From Caecitellus pseudoparvulus (Eukaryota > Protista > Bigyra: Bicosoecida): a DNA stretch of 64,000 nucleotides. This document shows positions 11,634 to 24,100 of this stretch, in pieces. How positions within the stretch are numbered: the first letter of the stretch is position 1; each line of letters starts with the position of its first letter. The stretch is from contig CBFFRQ010000013.1 in assembly GCA_965644315.1 (NCBI GenBank), forward strand, positions 558,001 to 622,000. The letters are read 5' to 3'. Both the position numbers and the translations under genes were made by a program. The notes below the pieces were generated by a model. It was not told the origin of the DNA, ran no database searches, and saw only the letters and a list, made by a program, of their open reading frames with translations.

Positions 11634-13184
11634 ATGGCGGCTGCACGCCCTCGCCGCCGCAACGCGGCTGAAACTCCACCAGATGCGGACCGGCCTGCTG
11701 CAGCGTGGGACGTGTCCAGCAGTGTAGCACGATCCCAGCGGATGTTCCTCACCGAGATGTTTCGGGATGGGGTGTTCACTCGCCTGTACGACCTTCGCCC
11801 GACTGATGGCAGCTCCTCGGCTGTGGACGTGCTGCGCCATGTTGTGGAGAAGATGCGTGAGGCTGGTGCGGTTCGACTGGACGGCACCACGTGGACGGCA
11901 CCAAAGGATGCTCAAGTGCTTCGTGAATTCTACTCGTGGGCGCAGGCTGGAGCGGGAACTGGCAAGAAGTACAAGCCCCAGGTGCGTGTGTGTGTGGGCG
12001 GGCCACAGCTATTCCCGCTCACTCCGCCCTGCAATGCCGGTGCGCAGCGCTTCTTCTCGGCAAGCATCGACGTCCACAAGGCCTTCAACATGTCGGGGAG
12101 CACACCACCAGTTGGCCTCGTGGTATGCGTCGCCCCACAGAACGCCGTTGTCCTGGCTGACGACGTCGAGGGTGGAGTGGCTGCTGGTGTGCCTGAGAGG
12201 CTCACCGAGGAGCAGGATAGGCTCCGGAGAGAGTGCAACCTGCCTCTTCTCGCAGAGCTGGGCGCCACCCGAGGAACGGGGAACGTTCACCTCATCAAGC
12301 GGCTTGCGTGGCGGATCGAGAGGCACTACGGCGGACTCATCGTCGCCGTGCCAGTGGGCGTGCTGAGCATGTACGCGACCGAGCCCTCCGTCAAGAGAGA
12401 GAGTGCACCTGGCAAGCTCCCACCATGGCTATCAGTGGCCTCATACACGGACATGTACAGCACGCACCTTCTTCTCGGCCACTCGAATCCGTCGCGATGC
12501 TTCAGCGCACGCAGATGACACGCCGGTGGCTGCTGCCCAGGAAGCCGCGACAGTGGCGTCCAGCACGTCATGGCAGCTGCGCACGCCAGCAGCCATGGAG
12601 GACAGTGAAGGCGAGTTTGAGGAAGCTACGCCGTCGGATGACGATGCTGCCTCAACCGCGTCCCGCCGCACATCTGTGAGTCGAAGTGCTCCAAGGGCCA
12701 AGAGCAAGGGCACCAAGCGCAAGCGGCAGGGCAAAGTGGGAGGGCGGCCGCCGTCAGACGCCACGCTGCGGAAGCAGCGGTACCAGCTGGACGAAGCGCG
12801 CCAAGAATTCTTGGGCGCCTTGACCTCTTCCATTGACCGCGCCCAAGGTAGGGCAGTCGCTGCGCCACCTCCGGCTCCCGCTCCCGTTCCTGCTCCTGCT
12901 CCTGCTCCAAGTTCCCATGTTGATACGTCCGACGCCTATGAGAGGGTTGCCCAGCGCCTGGGCTACTGGCAAATGATGTTCCACGATGACGTGACGCGGC
13001 GGTGATGGAGCTGCTTCCTGCGGCTGCGGCTACTCTGGACAGCATGCAGGCTGCCGCTCAGCCCTTGCCGTTCAGGGTGCGTGGCACCCCTGCTGCTCCT
13101 ATGGATGACTTGGGAAAAGAAAAACGGTACGCCATCATGATGCTGCAGACGATCATTGCTTTGAGGCAGAGCGGGGGGGCTTGA
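11634..13184 (+). pseudogene. Harbinger companion (divergent Myb/SANT trihelix-like DNA-binding) gene, spliced, apparently frameshifted near 13000
   Basis: HVVEKMREAG...KDAQVLREFYSW resembles trihelix helices 2-3. Introns 11982-12047 and 12403/12412-12514. An acidic/basic NLS-like linker (KGTKRKRQ) is followed by a helical C-terminus that continues in another frame (13002-13184). Confidence 0.6.
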
Positions 13185-13257
13185 GGTGGGGAGAGGTCCG
13201 TTGTGGCCACCCTGCAGAAGCAGGTAGTACAAGCACTTGCACTCACACCCACAAAGC

Positions 13258-14782
13258 CTACAGTCGTGTCAGCACTTCTTGTGACACCCTACGCAACACC
13301 GCGAAGCCTGCCTGCGTGTGCTTGCGGTGGTGCTGATGCATGCCCTGCAGGCCCTCCCGTGCGCTCGTCTGCTCCTCCATAGTGGCCGCCAGCATCGCAC
13401 CTCGCCGCTCTCGGAAGCTCATGTGGTCGATCTGCTCGGCCTTGGTGAACAACTGCGCAGGAGTAACGTCACCGTTGCGCAATGCAGCGTTGTGCAGCAC
13501 TGCTGCCGCAATGCTGTACTGTGCTTGCGCACAGCCTGCAAGCTGTGCCACTGGGCATACTGTCGGACGCGACACAACACCTGCCACTGTGACTTCAGAA
13601 TGCCAAACAGTTGTTCGACGACAACCCTTTGGGAGCAAAAGACCTTGTTGAATCGAAGTTGCTCCTGGGTGACGTCACCTGTCTGGCGCCGGCTCCATGG
13701 CGTCAGCAGCCATGTGCGGCACGGGAACCCTGCATCGCCCAGCAAGAAGGCTCCCTCGGGGATGAATGGCTGGCCGCCCTCCTGTGCTCGCCATAAGGCA
13801 GACTCTTGAAGCACCCCGCTGTCCTGACGCGCCCCAGCGTCGCCCACCCGCCAGGATAGGATACGCCATCCAGCTGTGCACACAGCTTGAACGTGCACTG
13901 TGAACTGGGCATCCCGGTCGATGGCGCCCATCCTCTCACCCTTCGGCAGCTTGACATCCAGGTGAGTATCATCTATTGCCCCGATGGCGCCGAACATGCG
14001 TCCCCGACTGGCCGCATAGAACTCCATAGCAATGTCGTTCCACTCCTCCGCCTCCAGGCTGGTTGGCCACCCGAGGTACTCGGGCACGCCCACCACGCCC
14101 AGGCACGCCACGACTCGTTTGACCACTCGCCACAGCGTCCGCGGACTCACTCCCACTTGTCGCTGCATCGTCCTCTCCGACGACGCGGACGCCATGAACA
14201 GCAGCGTTGTCGCCAGCTCCTCCCTTGTGGTCAGCGCGAAGCGTGAGTTCCCGTTCCCACCAGAAGGTGCTGCAGCTGCAGCACCACCGTCCAGTACCAC
14301 ATCGCCGTCATGATCACCGGCATCATCATCCCTTCCCGTACCTTCAACGGCGCGTGCTGCAGCCTCCAGGGCCTCCCACTTGTGGTCCGCGCTGCGCGGC
14401 AATGCCCGGCAACGCCACACCGCAGACTCAACCAGCCCATGGACCTGCTCAAATGTACCACGGGACACACGAAAGTGAGCCTTGAAGTCTTGGTCACTGA
14501 GAGTGGGAAGGTGACGGCGAAGCCATGCTCCCGCAGGCGACAATGCAGGCGCAGGGGCAGCAACACCAATGTCAGACCTCCTCCTCGTCACCAAGCAGGC
14601 CAAGCGGATCTATACCGACCGCAGCAGCCACAATCACCGTTCTGACTCGTGCTGGCAGGCTGTCGATGGGAAGGATGCCACCTGTGGGAGGCAGGGACAC
14701 CGTGCGTGAGTTGCGATGCAGGCGCGTTTCGCGTTGCAACTCCACACCACGCACCGAGCGCCACGTCTAGTTGCGCAGCCAT
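13258..14782 (-). pseudogene. PIF/Harbinger (HARBI1-like, DDE_Tnp_4) transposase with two frameshifts
   Basis: FKAHFRVSRGTF, GAIDDTH (canonical DGTH), QDSGV, LLGDAGF, RVVVEQLFGILK. The conserved IAAAVLHN lies in another frame (shift near 13545). ATG 14782, intron 14682-14754, and a +1 shift near 14577. Confidence 0.9.
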
Positions 14783-15142
14783 CACCACGCCAACCGCACT
14801 TCCTGGCAAGAATCCAGTTCATTTACGGTGCGGGCAATTCTCTGGCGAATAGGTGACTATGGTGTGCGGCTGGGTGGAGAACTAGAATTGGGTGAAGTTG
14901 GCGCTGTGATCAACGTATCAGCCCTTCTGCAGCCTGTCAGGCGGCCAGCCCGTGAGACCCACAGCGCAGCCCTCGCCCTCGATTCGGCCTTCCCATGAAG
15001 TCAGAAGGGACACAGACTCCATTTTCAATTCATCCACATTGTACTTCAACAAGCCAGCGCCCCCCAGTCCTACATGGCGGCCATAGCTGCGTGCACCGAA
15101 TACTTTCGTGCGTGTGTGGGTGGGCCAGCGTTTCATTCCCGA

Positions 15143-15168
15143 AACCCCCCTCGTGCCGGCAAGCCTTA
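15143..15168 (-). repeat. Right TIR (15143-15165) and right TSD (TTA, 15166-15168)
   Basis: AACCCCCCTCGTGCCGGCAAGCC followed by TTA. Confidence 0.96.
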
Positions 15169-18100
15169 CTTGCACCCCCGCACGGGAGACTTTTCCACCA
15201 CAGCGGGTGAGTACGCTTCAACGCGAGAGGTGGGACGTGCCTTGCTTCCATTGGACCTTCGGTGTGATGGGGACAGTGAGCTGTTTATTGGGGCACCAGG
15301 AAGTGAGTTTAGCCATGCAAGTTGCACGGGAACAAAGGCATATGGCTCAGTTTGGCTGGCAGGCATACCTGATGCTCCAGGGCAGTTTTCACCTGTCCTG
15401 AAGGAAGGGATCGCAGGGTCCCTCCTTCCCCCTCCAGGAATATGCCAACGAGAGTTGCAGACTTGTGGTTCCTCCTTGACCATAATTGGTGACGTTGACA
15501 AGGACGGACTCAAAGACTTGGCTTTCGGCTGCGGGTCGGACAGCTTCCCCTCTGCGTCAGGAGAAGGCGTCATGACTGCGCGCGTGCACTACGATGGGCA
15601 CCTCAGCATGATTGCGTTCATCGAAAACACGTTCGGGACTTTGCTGCCGAGTGAAATATCATCCATGACACAATACACCAGCGGCTTTGGATTGTCCGTG
15701 GCAGGATTCCAGGAGGATATCGACGGCGATGGGCACTTGGACATGCTGACAGGCGCGCCATTCGCCGACAGTGGCAAAGGCGTCGCGTTAGTCATGTTGC
15801 TTTCTCATGGGCAGTACTCCAGTTCGGTTGTGCTCAAAAGCGGACACCGTGGCGTCCCAGCGCTTGACCTTGGCAGCCAACTAGCTTGGGGGCTGGCACC
15901 GCTCGGAGATGTGAACGGCGATGGGCTGAGGAATGACTTTGCGGCTTCCTGCCCTGGACACGCCGAGTCTTCCATTCTGCTTGGGTGGCTGAACAGTACA
16001 GTGTTCGTGCAGGATGCCACGTTTCTCAGCATGACCAGCATGGGAACCGATGGGCCTCAGTTCAGCCTGCGGCTCGAACAGGGCATGGCAAGCCACCTTC
16101 ATGTGCATGGTGGAGGCGTCGCCCCCGACCTGAACGGGGACGGCGTTCCTGATTTGTTCATGTCCAACCTGATGGACCGCAGGAGTGAGGCAAGCCCCTT
16201 TGAAGTGGGGGCTGCTTTCATCGTGTACATGAACTCAGACTACTCCATGCGAAGCTTTGAAGTGGTGCGCCCAACCCTCAAAACCACAAGTACTGCAAGT
16301 CCCAACATATTTAGCGGCCTGAGCAGCGGAACAGGGCCTTTGTTCTGGGGTAATTTGGCGCTCATGGGCGATTCCGAAGGTGACGGCTCCCTCTCCATGT
16401 ACATTTCAGCATGGGGAGATGTGGACACGAGTTCCACGGCAACAGGCTCCCTGACACGGCTTGAGTGGCAGCCCCCTGCAACCTACTTGGGAAGAGGTGT
16501 CCGGGCGTTTGCCCAGAAAGAGGTCGGCCACGCCACGTGTATCTTGCAGGACTTTGAGGAGCTGAACCCAGTCTTGGACCCGAGCTTGGCAGCGCTGAGC
16601 GCTTTTGCGGGCGGAGGCACGGATGATGAGCGATTCGGCGAAGCCTTCACGCCAATCGGTGACGTTGATCACAACGGAGTCGTGGACATCTTGGTAGGTT
16701 CCCCGACATTCAATCACGCCAGCGAAGAGAAAGGTGCCGTGACCATCTTGCACATGCGAAATGACCTCACAGTCAAAGAAGCTGCTCGAATCGACCCTTT
16801 GACTACCACTGCATGGGCTGACCTTGCTTTGGGTGGCTCCCCAATGGCCAAGTGCTCCCAAGGCATGGCTTGGGCTGGAGATCTGAATGACGATGGGTAT
16901 GGGGAGATCGTCGTTGGCTGCCCGAGCACTGCTTCCAATTTCGTTGGAGGGGGTGCTATTCTTTCCCTGGATGCAGCGGGGGCTCTTGGCAGTATTTTCG
17001 AGCTGCGAGTGGATGTGACGCCGAACGTGGACTCCTCTGACTTCCTGTACCCCAGTCGAGCATTGACCGGACTCGAACAACTTGGCTACTCAGTTGCGGT
17101 GCTAAATGACGGCTGGCCGGATAGTAGCCGGGCTGTTATACTCATGGGGATGCCGTACGCAAGCGCGACAAGCTCCTATATCGAAGTCGGCGGCGTGGCA
17201 CTTTTCCTTTTCGACAAGTCGACCATGAGCGTCGTGGAGTCGAACATGTTTGGTGATTTGCATCCGGGCTCGATCGTTTTGTCAAACTACGCTCACTTTG
17301 GCCACGCAGTGTCGGCGATTGGCGACTTGGACAATGACGGAGAAGCGAGAGAGATTACAGTTTGCACACACGACAGCGATGTGGAAACAGATGTGTACTT
17401 GATAGAGCTAGAGGATGACATGGACTGGACGTCAAGAGCCACCGTCGAGCAGGTCAAGCGAATCTCAGCCGCTACGGATGTTGATGACCAAGGCACTGGA
17501 CCCTGGGTGGGATGGCCACACTATCGGACAACCTCCGAAGGTTTTGGCATCGATGGCAGCAGCGCGTCTTTGCTGACGCAAGGAGATGCAGATGCCCGAT
17601 GGCTGCTGTTCGGCTCTGCGTGGGCAGTGGGTGGCTCCCAAGAGGGAGCGCTGTTCGTAATGACCATGAGGCCACGCACAGTAAACGATGCAACCTTTCA
17701 CAGATTCCACCACATCCCAGCCGACTATGCAGGCGCTGTGGAAGTCTTCAACTTCAACATGGCTCGAACCTGGAGAACTGCCGTTCTTGGCGACCTGAAC
17801 GGCGACGGCACCTTGGAAGTGGGCTTTGGCTCAGGCAACGCCGACTTTGGAGGTGTTAACAATGTCGGCCACCTGTTCATTGCTTCTTTGGATTTGCAGG
17901 GTGAGCTTGCCCCAAAGACTTCCTTCATCACTTCTGCAACCCCAACGCCGACATCAACCCCAACTTCCTCCGTGTCCTCAACTCCCACGAAGTCACCCAC
18001 CTCCACTCCTACAGCAAGCATGACTACGACCCAAACCCCAACGCAAACGTCAACAGCGACTCCATCATCAACGCCCACGCAGTCTGAGACACCCTCTCCC

Positions 18101-21100
18101 TCTGCCACCAGCAGTGGATCCAGCACTCCAACAGGGACCGTGACGCAAACGTCTACGCCCTCTCGCACAAGCACACAATCATCTACTTCCACGCCGAGCT
18201 CGACGGGAACGGCCACGCCTTCCCCCAGCGTCACTAGGACGCCATCACGCTCAGCTTCCCCCACTCAGAGCGGCTCAGGCACCCCTTCCACAACCGCCAC
18301 TGAGACACCAAGCCCTTCTCCAACTCGTACTAGCTCAAGCTCGTCAACAGCCACCAGCACTCCGACCCCCTCGACCACTGCCACGGCTACAACTTCTCCT
18401 ACTGGCACATCCAGTGGCACCGTCACAGGCACAGCAACTCGCAGTGCCACGCAGAGTTCCACTCCGTCGGTGACCGCCAGTGGCACCGTCACAGGCACAG
18501 CAACTCGCAGTTCCACTCCGTCGGTGACAGCCACAGCTAGTGCTTCCGCAACTGTGTCCGGATCAGGGACTCCATCCAACACGCCAAGTCTGTCTGCCGG
18601 TGCATCCCCCAGCGGCTCATCTTCAGGAACGGCATCGAGGTCTGTGACGCCTTCCCCGTCAGCTACCAGCACGCTCACGCCTCCTTCTTCTCCGTCTGCA
18701 AGCGTGACTGGAACCGCAACTTCGTCTGTGTCTGCCAGTGGCACCCCATCCTCATCATCATCAGCCACGCAATCAACCACCGGCACACCCTCTCCTTCTG
18801 TCACAAGCAGTCCCTCACACTCGGCCACAGCTTCACGGTCGCCGACTGCTTCAAGCTCGGTATCAGGCACCTCATCTCGCTCCCCCACTCCCTCCATGAC
18901 TGCAACTTCGAGTATGAGTATGACAGCAAGCAGGACTGCGTCAGCTTCCCTAGGAGTCTCGCCCAGCGGCACCTCTTCTGCAACAAAGTCTGCAACCGCA
19001 ACTTCAACGTTCTCGCCGACTGTCACAGCATCGCTCACTGCAACGCCAAGTGGGAGTGGCACCGAAACCCCTTCAGGAAGCCCACAAGCCACAACAAGCA
19101 CATCCCCCTCTTCTTCGCCTTCTGAAAGCGGAACACGAGCAGCCTCGCCTTTGCCGACTTCAGATCCCACTCCTTCGCCCTCCGCATCCGTGACACCTAG
19201 CAGTTCACCAATCGGCACAGCCACAGCTACAGCCACCGCTTCAGCCACAAGATCTGTATCCCCAACCACAACGTGCAGCTCCAGCCCATCTCAGACGAAA
19301 TCCGCAAGTGTCACACCTTCGGCTTCAAAGGCAGCTACGGCCACTGCCGTGGCTGCTCCAGACAGCCTTGGGGGCGAATTAGGCTCTGATGTTTGGTTCA
19401 TTGAGGTGCTTCCCAGTTCAGTTGCACCTGTGCGCCTTCAGCCTGCTGTGGATGGCAAGAGATGGAAAGTGCAGTCGTTGACACTCCGAATCGGGGTACA
19501 CCAAGATGGCTGGATAGCTGGAGTCCGAGCCATGCAATCTGCGTCGTCAAAGGCGTCCTTGAGCGCTGCGGCTGTCCCACCGCAAAGTTGGAACAGTGCA
19601 GCCTTGGCAGCCTTGCAATCAGAAGTGCAGGATTCTCAGCAGCAGCCCGAGACAGTTCCGGTTGTTTCGATCGCCGGCTCCTCGTCGTCCGGGATGATGA
19701 GTACGAATGGGACTGTCATTGCCGAGCGGCTGCAACTCAACGTAAGCTTGCGAAACGCTGAGGCACCAACCCCGGGGGTTCACTTATTTGAATTGCTTGT
19801 GTACAAACAAACTTCAGGTGTCCAGCTCACAAAGGTTGTCGTCCCAGTTCTTCTTGCTGTGCCACAGCTCGGGGTCTCCCCTAACTCTGTCCGACATTTG
19901 GTCCGGCCAGCCGACAGCAGCATGACCTCAGACTCTCGAACGCGACTCTCCATCGCCAACTCAGGAAATGCTGCCTTGTCTTGGTCTGCGCAGCTGCTTG
20001 AGGCACCGTGCTGGCTTGCCTTGTTGCCTGTTCAAGGCCAGACGGCCTGTGGCTCTGGACCATCCGATGCCTGCGTGCGGGGCACGCTGCCTGCAGATTT
20101 CACTGACAGCTTGATTCTATCCATAAATACGCACCTGCTGCAGGCGGGGCAACATCAAGCAGATGTGCAAATAGATTCCTCGGCCGGACACATGACTGTT
20201 CCCGTGGTGGTTGTTGTTACCGCCGTCTCCGTGTGCCCGTCTGAGCTCCGAATTACGGGGCTGGCACCGCCATCATCAATGCGCCTCGGCGAATCGCAGC
20301 TTGACGTGCATGCGTCTGTGGCCATATCGAATGTTGGAGAAGCCCCGCTTCGCGTGCTGAGCGTGCATGGAATCTCTGCTACACCCGATGAGGTGGCATC
20401 TGCGTTGCAACCAAGCCTTGAAGTGTGCGGCTCACGTGGCAACGGATCAAGCACGATCGAAACAGCCCTGAGAGAATTGACTGCGGTGTCTGGAAAGCCT
20501 GATTGGCTATTTGGGATTGTGAGCACACCTGGATCGGCGATTGATGCCGATGTGCAAAGCAGTGCTGCTTCGGCCGCTAACGTGCTAGTGCTTGAGAATA
20601 GCCGAGATATCATGGTCGGATCTACAGGTGAGCTTAACCTTGGCATCCGACAGAACGTGAGTACCAGTCTTGGGCGGTCTCTGGGGTCGGTGTCGGCTTC
20701 TGTCGTCGTGCTTCTCCTGGATTTGGCGCGCAATTCCACCGAAGCCCGAGTGGTGAGCGTTGAGCTTGAGAGTGTGGCGGGGTCGCACTCCGCTGCTACA
20801 TCCCTTGTAGTCCTGACCTCGAACCAGCTCAGTGCTGCCCAGCGGCCGCTCATTACAGACCAAACAGCCACACTGGTTGGCTCTGCTGCCACACGCGTTG
20901 CGCTTGTGGCACTCAAGGACGCTTTAGGCCGCCCTCGGCCTGCAGGACACGACGCACTCAACGCTCTGCTTAGCAATGATGAAGGAGATGCCTTGCACCA
21001 ACCATGCGCGCCATATGATACCCTTGCACTTGGCCTCACGCGTGGGCAAGTACGAGCTTTTGAGCTTCAACACGAAGCTGCAACTCAGGTTCTGCAGAGC

Positions 21101-24100
21101 CTTGATAGATCGATGCCCCACTTGGACACACTGACTGCCCATTTGGAGGGTGGAGGATCTCTGCATTCTGTCCACGTTGAAGCTCAGAACAGCAGACCGA
21201 TGACTTTTGTGGTGCAGGCGGAGTCTATTCCCATTTCGAGGGGGCTTCACGCGGCTTCGCCAATCAGTGCAGTGTTGACTGGAGACACGCGGTGTCGGGG
21301 AAACGCAGGGTATGCAGTTCCTGGCGCGCTGGATTTGTCGAAAGTTGGTCTTGGGCCAGGGGAGCTTCTTCCCATCTCACAGGGTGCTTCATCTCTCCGC
21401 CGGCGCCTTGTCCCTTCACGCTTGGTTGCCCGGGTCATCACGGAGCCCGCGAATTGCAGCGCGCCAAACACAGTGCAGGACCCAGCCAATGGCTTGACTT
21501 GCACCTGTTGGCCTGGGTACGCCAGGGACCCTGAAGTGCCGGCCGCAGACGTGACGTCAGAGACTCTCCGGTGCCTTGCCTGCCCTGCGGGCACTGCGCG
21601 CCGAGGTGGCACACTGCGCAGCCTGGAGGAAGAAGGTGCCTGCTCACCTTGCCCTGACGGTACCTTTTCCTTGGCAGGATGGCACTCATGTGCCAGCTGT
21701 CCGCGCCACATGCAGTGTGCTGGGGGCTTGGTGTTTGTGGCAGCGGGACACGCTCTACTGGACGCAGCGAGTGCCTCTGCATTCGCGCGCGGACTGGTGG
21801 ATACGCACGCGGGTACGGGCTCGGGCAGCGGGCTTGATCCAGTGGCGGATGCACAGGGTCTTGCTCAACCCCCGCCAGTTGACTTCACGGCAAAAGCCAC
21901 TCGTTGCCCCAACCCGTTTGCTTGCACAGTGGGCGGGCAGATCAATGTTTCGGCGGCCACGGGTGTGTTGCGCAGGACGACCTGTGCCCCTGGACATGAT
22001 GCAGCTTCAGACCTCTGCGCAGATTGTCTGCCTGGCTTTGAACATGACCCACCTGCGGCAGGCTCGTCAGGGGCATGCACGATCTGCCCGACGCAGAGCG
22101 CCGCAGCGTCCAAAGTGGCAATGCTTGTGTTGGTCTCAGTCAGTGTGTATGTACTGGTGCTAGTTTCGTGGTTCCATCCGAAACATGGCCCTGGCTTGCT
22201 CCCCCCCGCACTCATTGTGTTCCAGAAGCGAGGAAGCATGGATGTCAAAGAGGCGCGAAGCACGCGCTTTCGGCGGGCCTCTTTGGCATCTCAGCGGCGC
22301 CCCTCAGCAGTTGCCATTGATGCTACCAACCCGATGCTCAGCGGGTCTTCGAGGCCTCGTTCCAAACAGGACAGCATGGAAAGGTCCCACCAGTTGTTCA
22401 TCCACCCCGCATCGCCGGGCCTCTTGTGGAGCGTCGCGGGGCCACACATGCAAGTGACGAAGCGGGAAAGTGCACAAATCCTCGAGCCACAAGTGCGCAT
22501 GAGAGTTCGTGGAGGCGCTCCGAAGTGGGTTTTGTCTTGGGACAGCGTGAATCGTGAAGTCCCAACAGGTCCATACCACGCCCTGTACGATTCCATGATC
22601 CAAACCGGCAGGAGAGAAATGCCTTTGCCCTTTGTGCCAGCTGCACCGCCCCCCATGGACGCTGCGCTGCGAACTTTCTCGGGTGTGGCCTTGTTCATGT
22701 TCCTACAACTGTCTGCTCGTCTCGCCGAAACGCGCTTGGGAACCAATGCGTACAGCAGTTCCACCAGCGCTGTCCCACACATGGCAGCGCTCTTTCCGAT
22801 CAGTTCCCTGGATGCTGCATGCCTCTTTGGGGGTGCTCTCCGGGGCTACTCTCGATTCACTGCAGGGATCGTCATGGCTTTCGCCGCCATCCCCGCTGCA
22901 GCTCTCATTGCTGTCATTGCGGGGGGCATACTGTGTCTGCTACGCTCGGCCCCAGCACGGGCCGAGAAGGCCCTCGGCAAGCGGACTGATCCGCGCTCGC
23001 GACGGGCCTCCGTCCCGGGTGCATCCTTGAAAACCGTCACACAGTCGTGGCTGGCCTCGTTGGAGGCGCCAGAACAGCCCAGTGTTGCCCATCTCGTGCT
23101 AGCTGCATTGGCTCTCCTGCTGCCTGGAGTGTTGCCTGAGTCCATTAGCATTATGACAACGGCAGTGCTGAACACAACGCCCAACGGCAGGGGAGGCACA
23201 AACTTGCTCTCTGACTTCTCGCGACCAATTGGATCCACCGAACACGCGGCGTACGTTGCTGCTGCACTATCAACCAGCTTGCTGCTTGTGTGCTTGCCCG
23301 TGGCTGGCGTCGTCACCTGCCACAGCGTCTGTTCGGGTGAAATGAGTCGCAGGGCGATGAGACAGGTTGCCTTGGTCGGAGGGGGGGCCAGCTCCCAGGC
23401 ACCCTTCCCCCCATCGAGCTTCTGGCAAGCTGGCAAGACACACGTCTGCTCCTCCGTTGTTGTTGGCTCGGCATGGCGTGTTGGAGGGCTGCTTTGGGGC
23501 TGGGTGCGTCCGACAGCCTGGTGGTGGCACCTGCTGGTCTTCGCCATGTCTTGTTGCCTGGCCCTTGTACAAGGTTCTGTGAACAGCATTTGGGGCCGCA
23601 TGTACGTTGCAGACCTGGTGCTGCTCACTCTGTGGCTGTTGTTCGAGTGGATCCGGCCTTACGCATCTCACAGAGTCGTGGGCGCGCCGCGCTTCATTGC
23701 ACCGCACGCCCCACGCCTTGTTCTGCCGCCCCATTTGCTGGTGAGCTCCATAGACAGCCGTTCCGAAGCACCTGCGCCCGAGCCATCGTCCATTGAGCCT
23801 GGAGTCCACGCAGCAGGACAGCGGGCAGCCCGTGCCTTGTTGGGAGTTGAGGCACGCTTGCGAACTCGTTTGGCCAGGCTGCTCCTCGTCTTGCTTGCCC
23901 TGCAGGCGGGCTTGGCACACATGGCATTTGTGTGGCAGCTTTCCCTCTTTGCAGGCCCGGCAGGGTCGGCAGATGCGGCAGAAGCAACAGGGACTCCGCC
24001 AGGGAGTCTGCAGGATTCCCTCATTGGGAGTGCTTCGCCCGAGTCGCTCCGCGCGGCAGTCTTCGCATTCTCATGGCTGCACTGGATTGCGCTGTGGGTT

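Larger units (their letters stand above)
11454..15165. mobile_element. PIF/Harbinger DNA transposon, 3,712 bp, with two convergent genes
   Basis: Perfect 23-bp TIRs, TTA duplication on both sides, a HARBI1/DDE_Tnp_4 transposase on the - strand and a companion ORF on the + strand. Removing the element plus one TTA restores the host frame (FSEA-Y-LHPR). Confidence 0.96.

Noticed and set aside
13500-13600. An intron explaining the transposase C-terminal frame change
   Set aside because: The nearest GT..AG candidate (about 25 nt) is too short and gives the wrong phase; treated as a frameshift.
17725-19269. Val/Gly/Asp/Glu-rich antisense ORFs
   Set aside because: These are mirror translations of the Ser/Thr/Pro mucin stalk.
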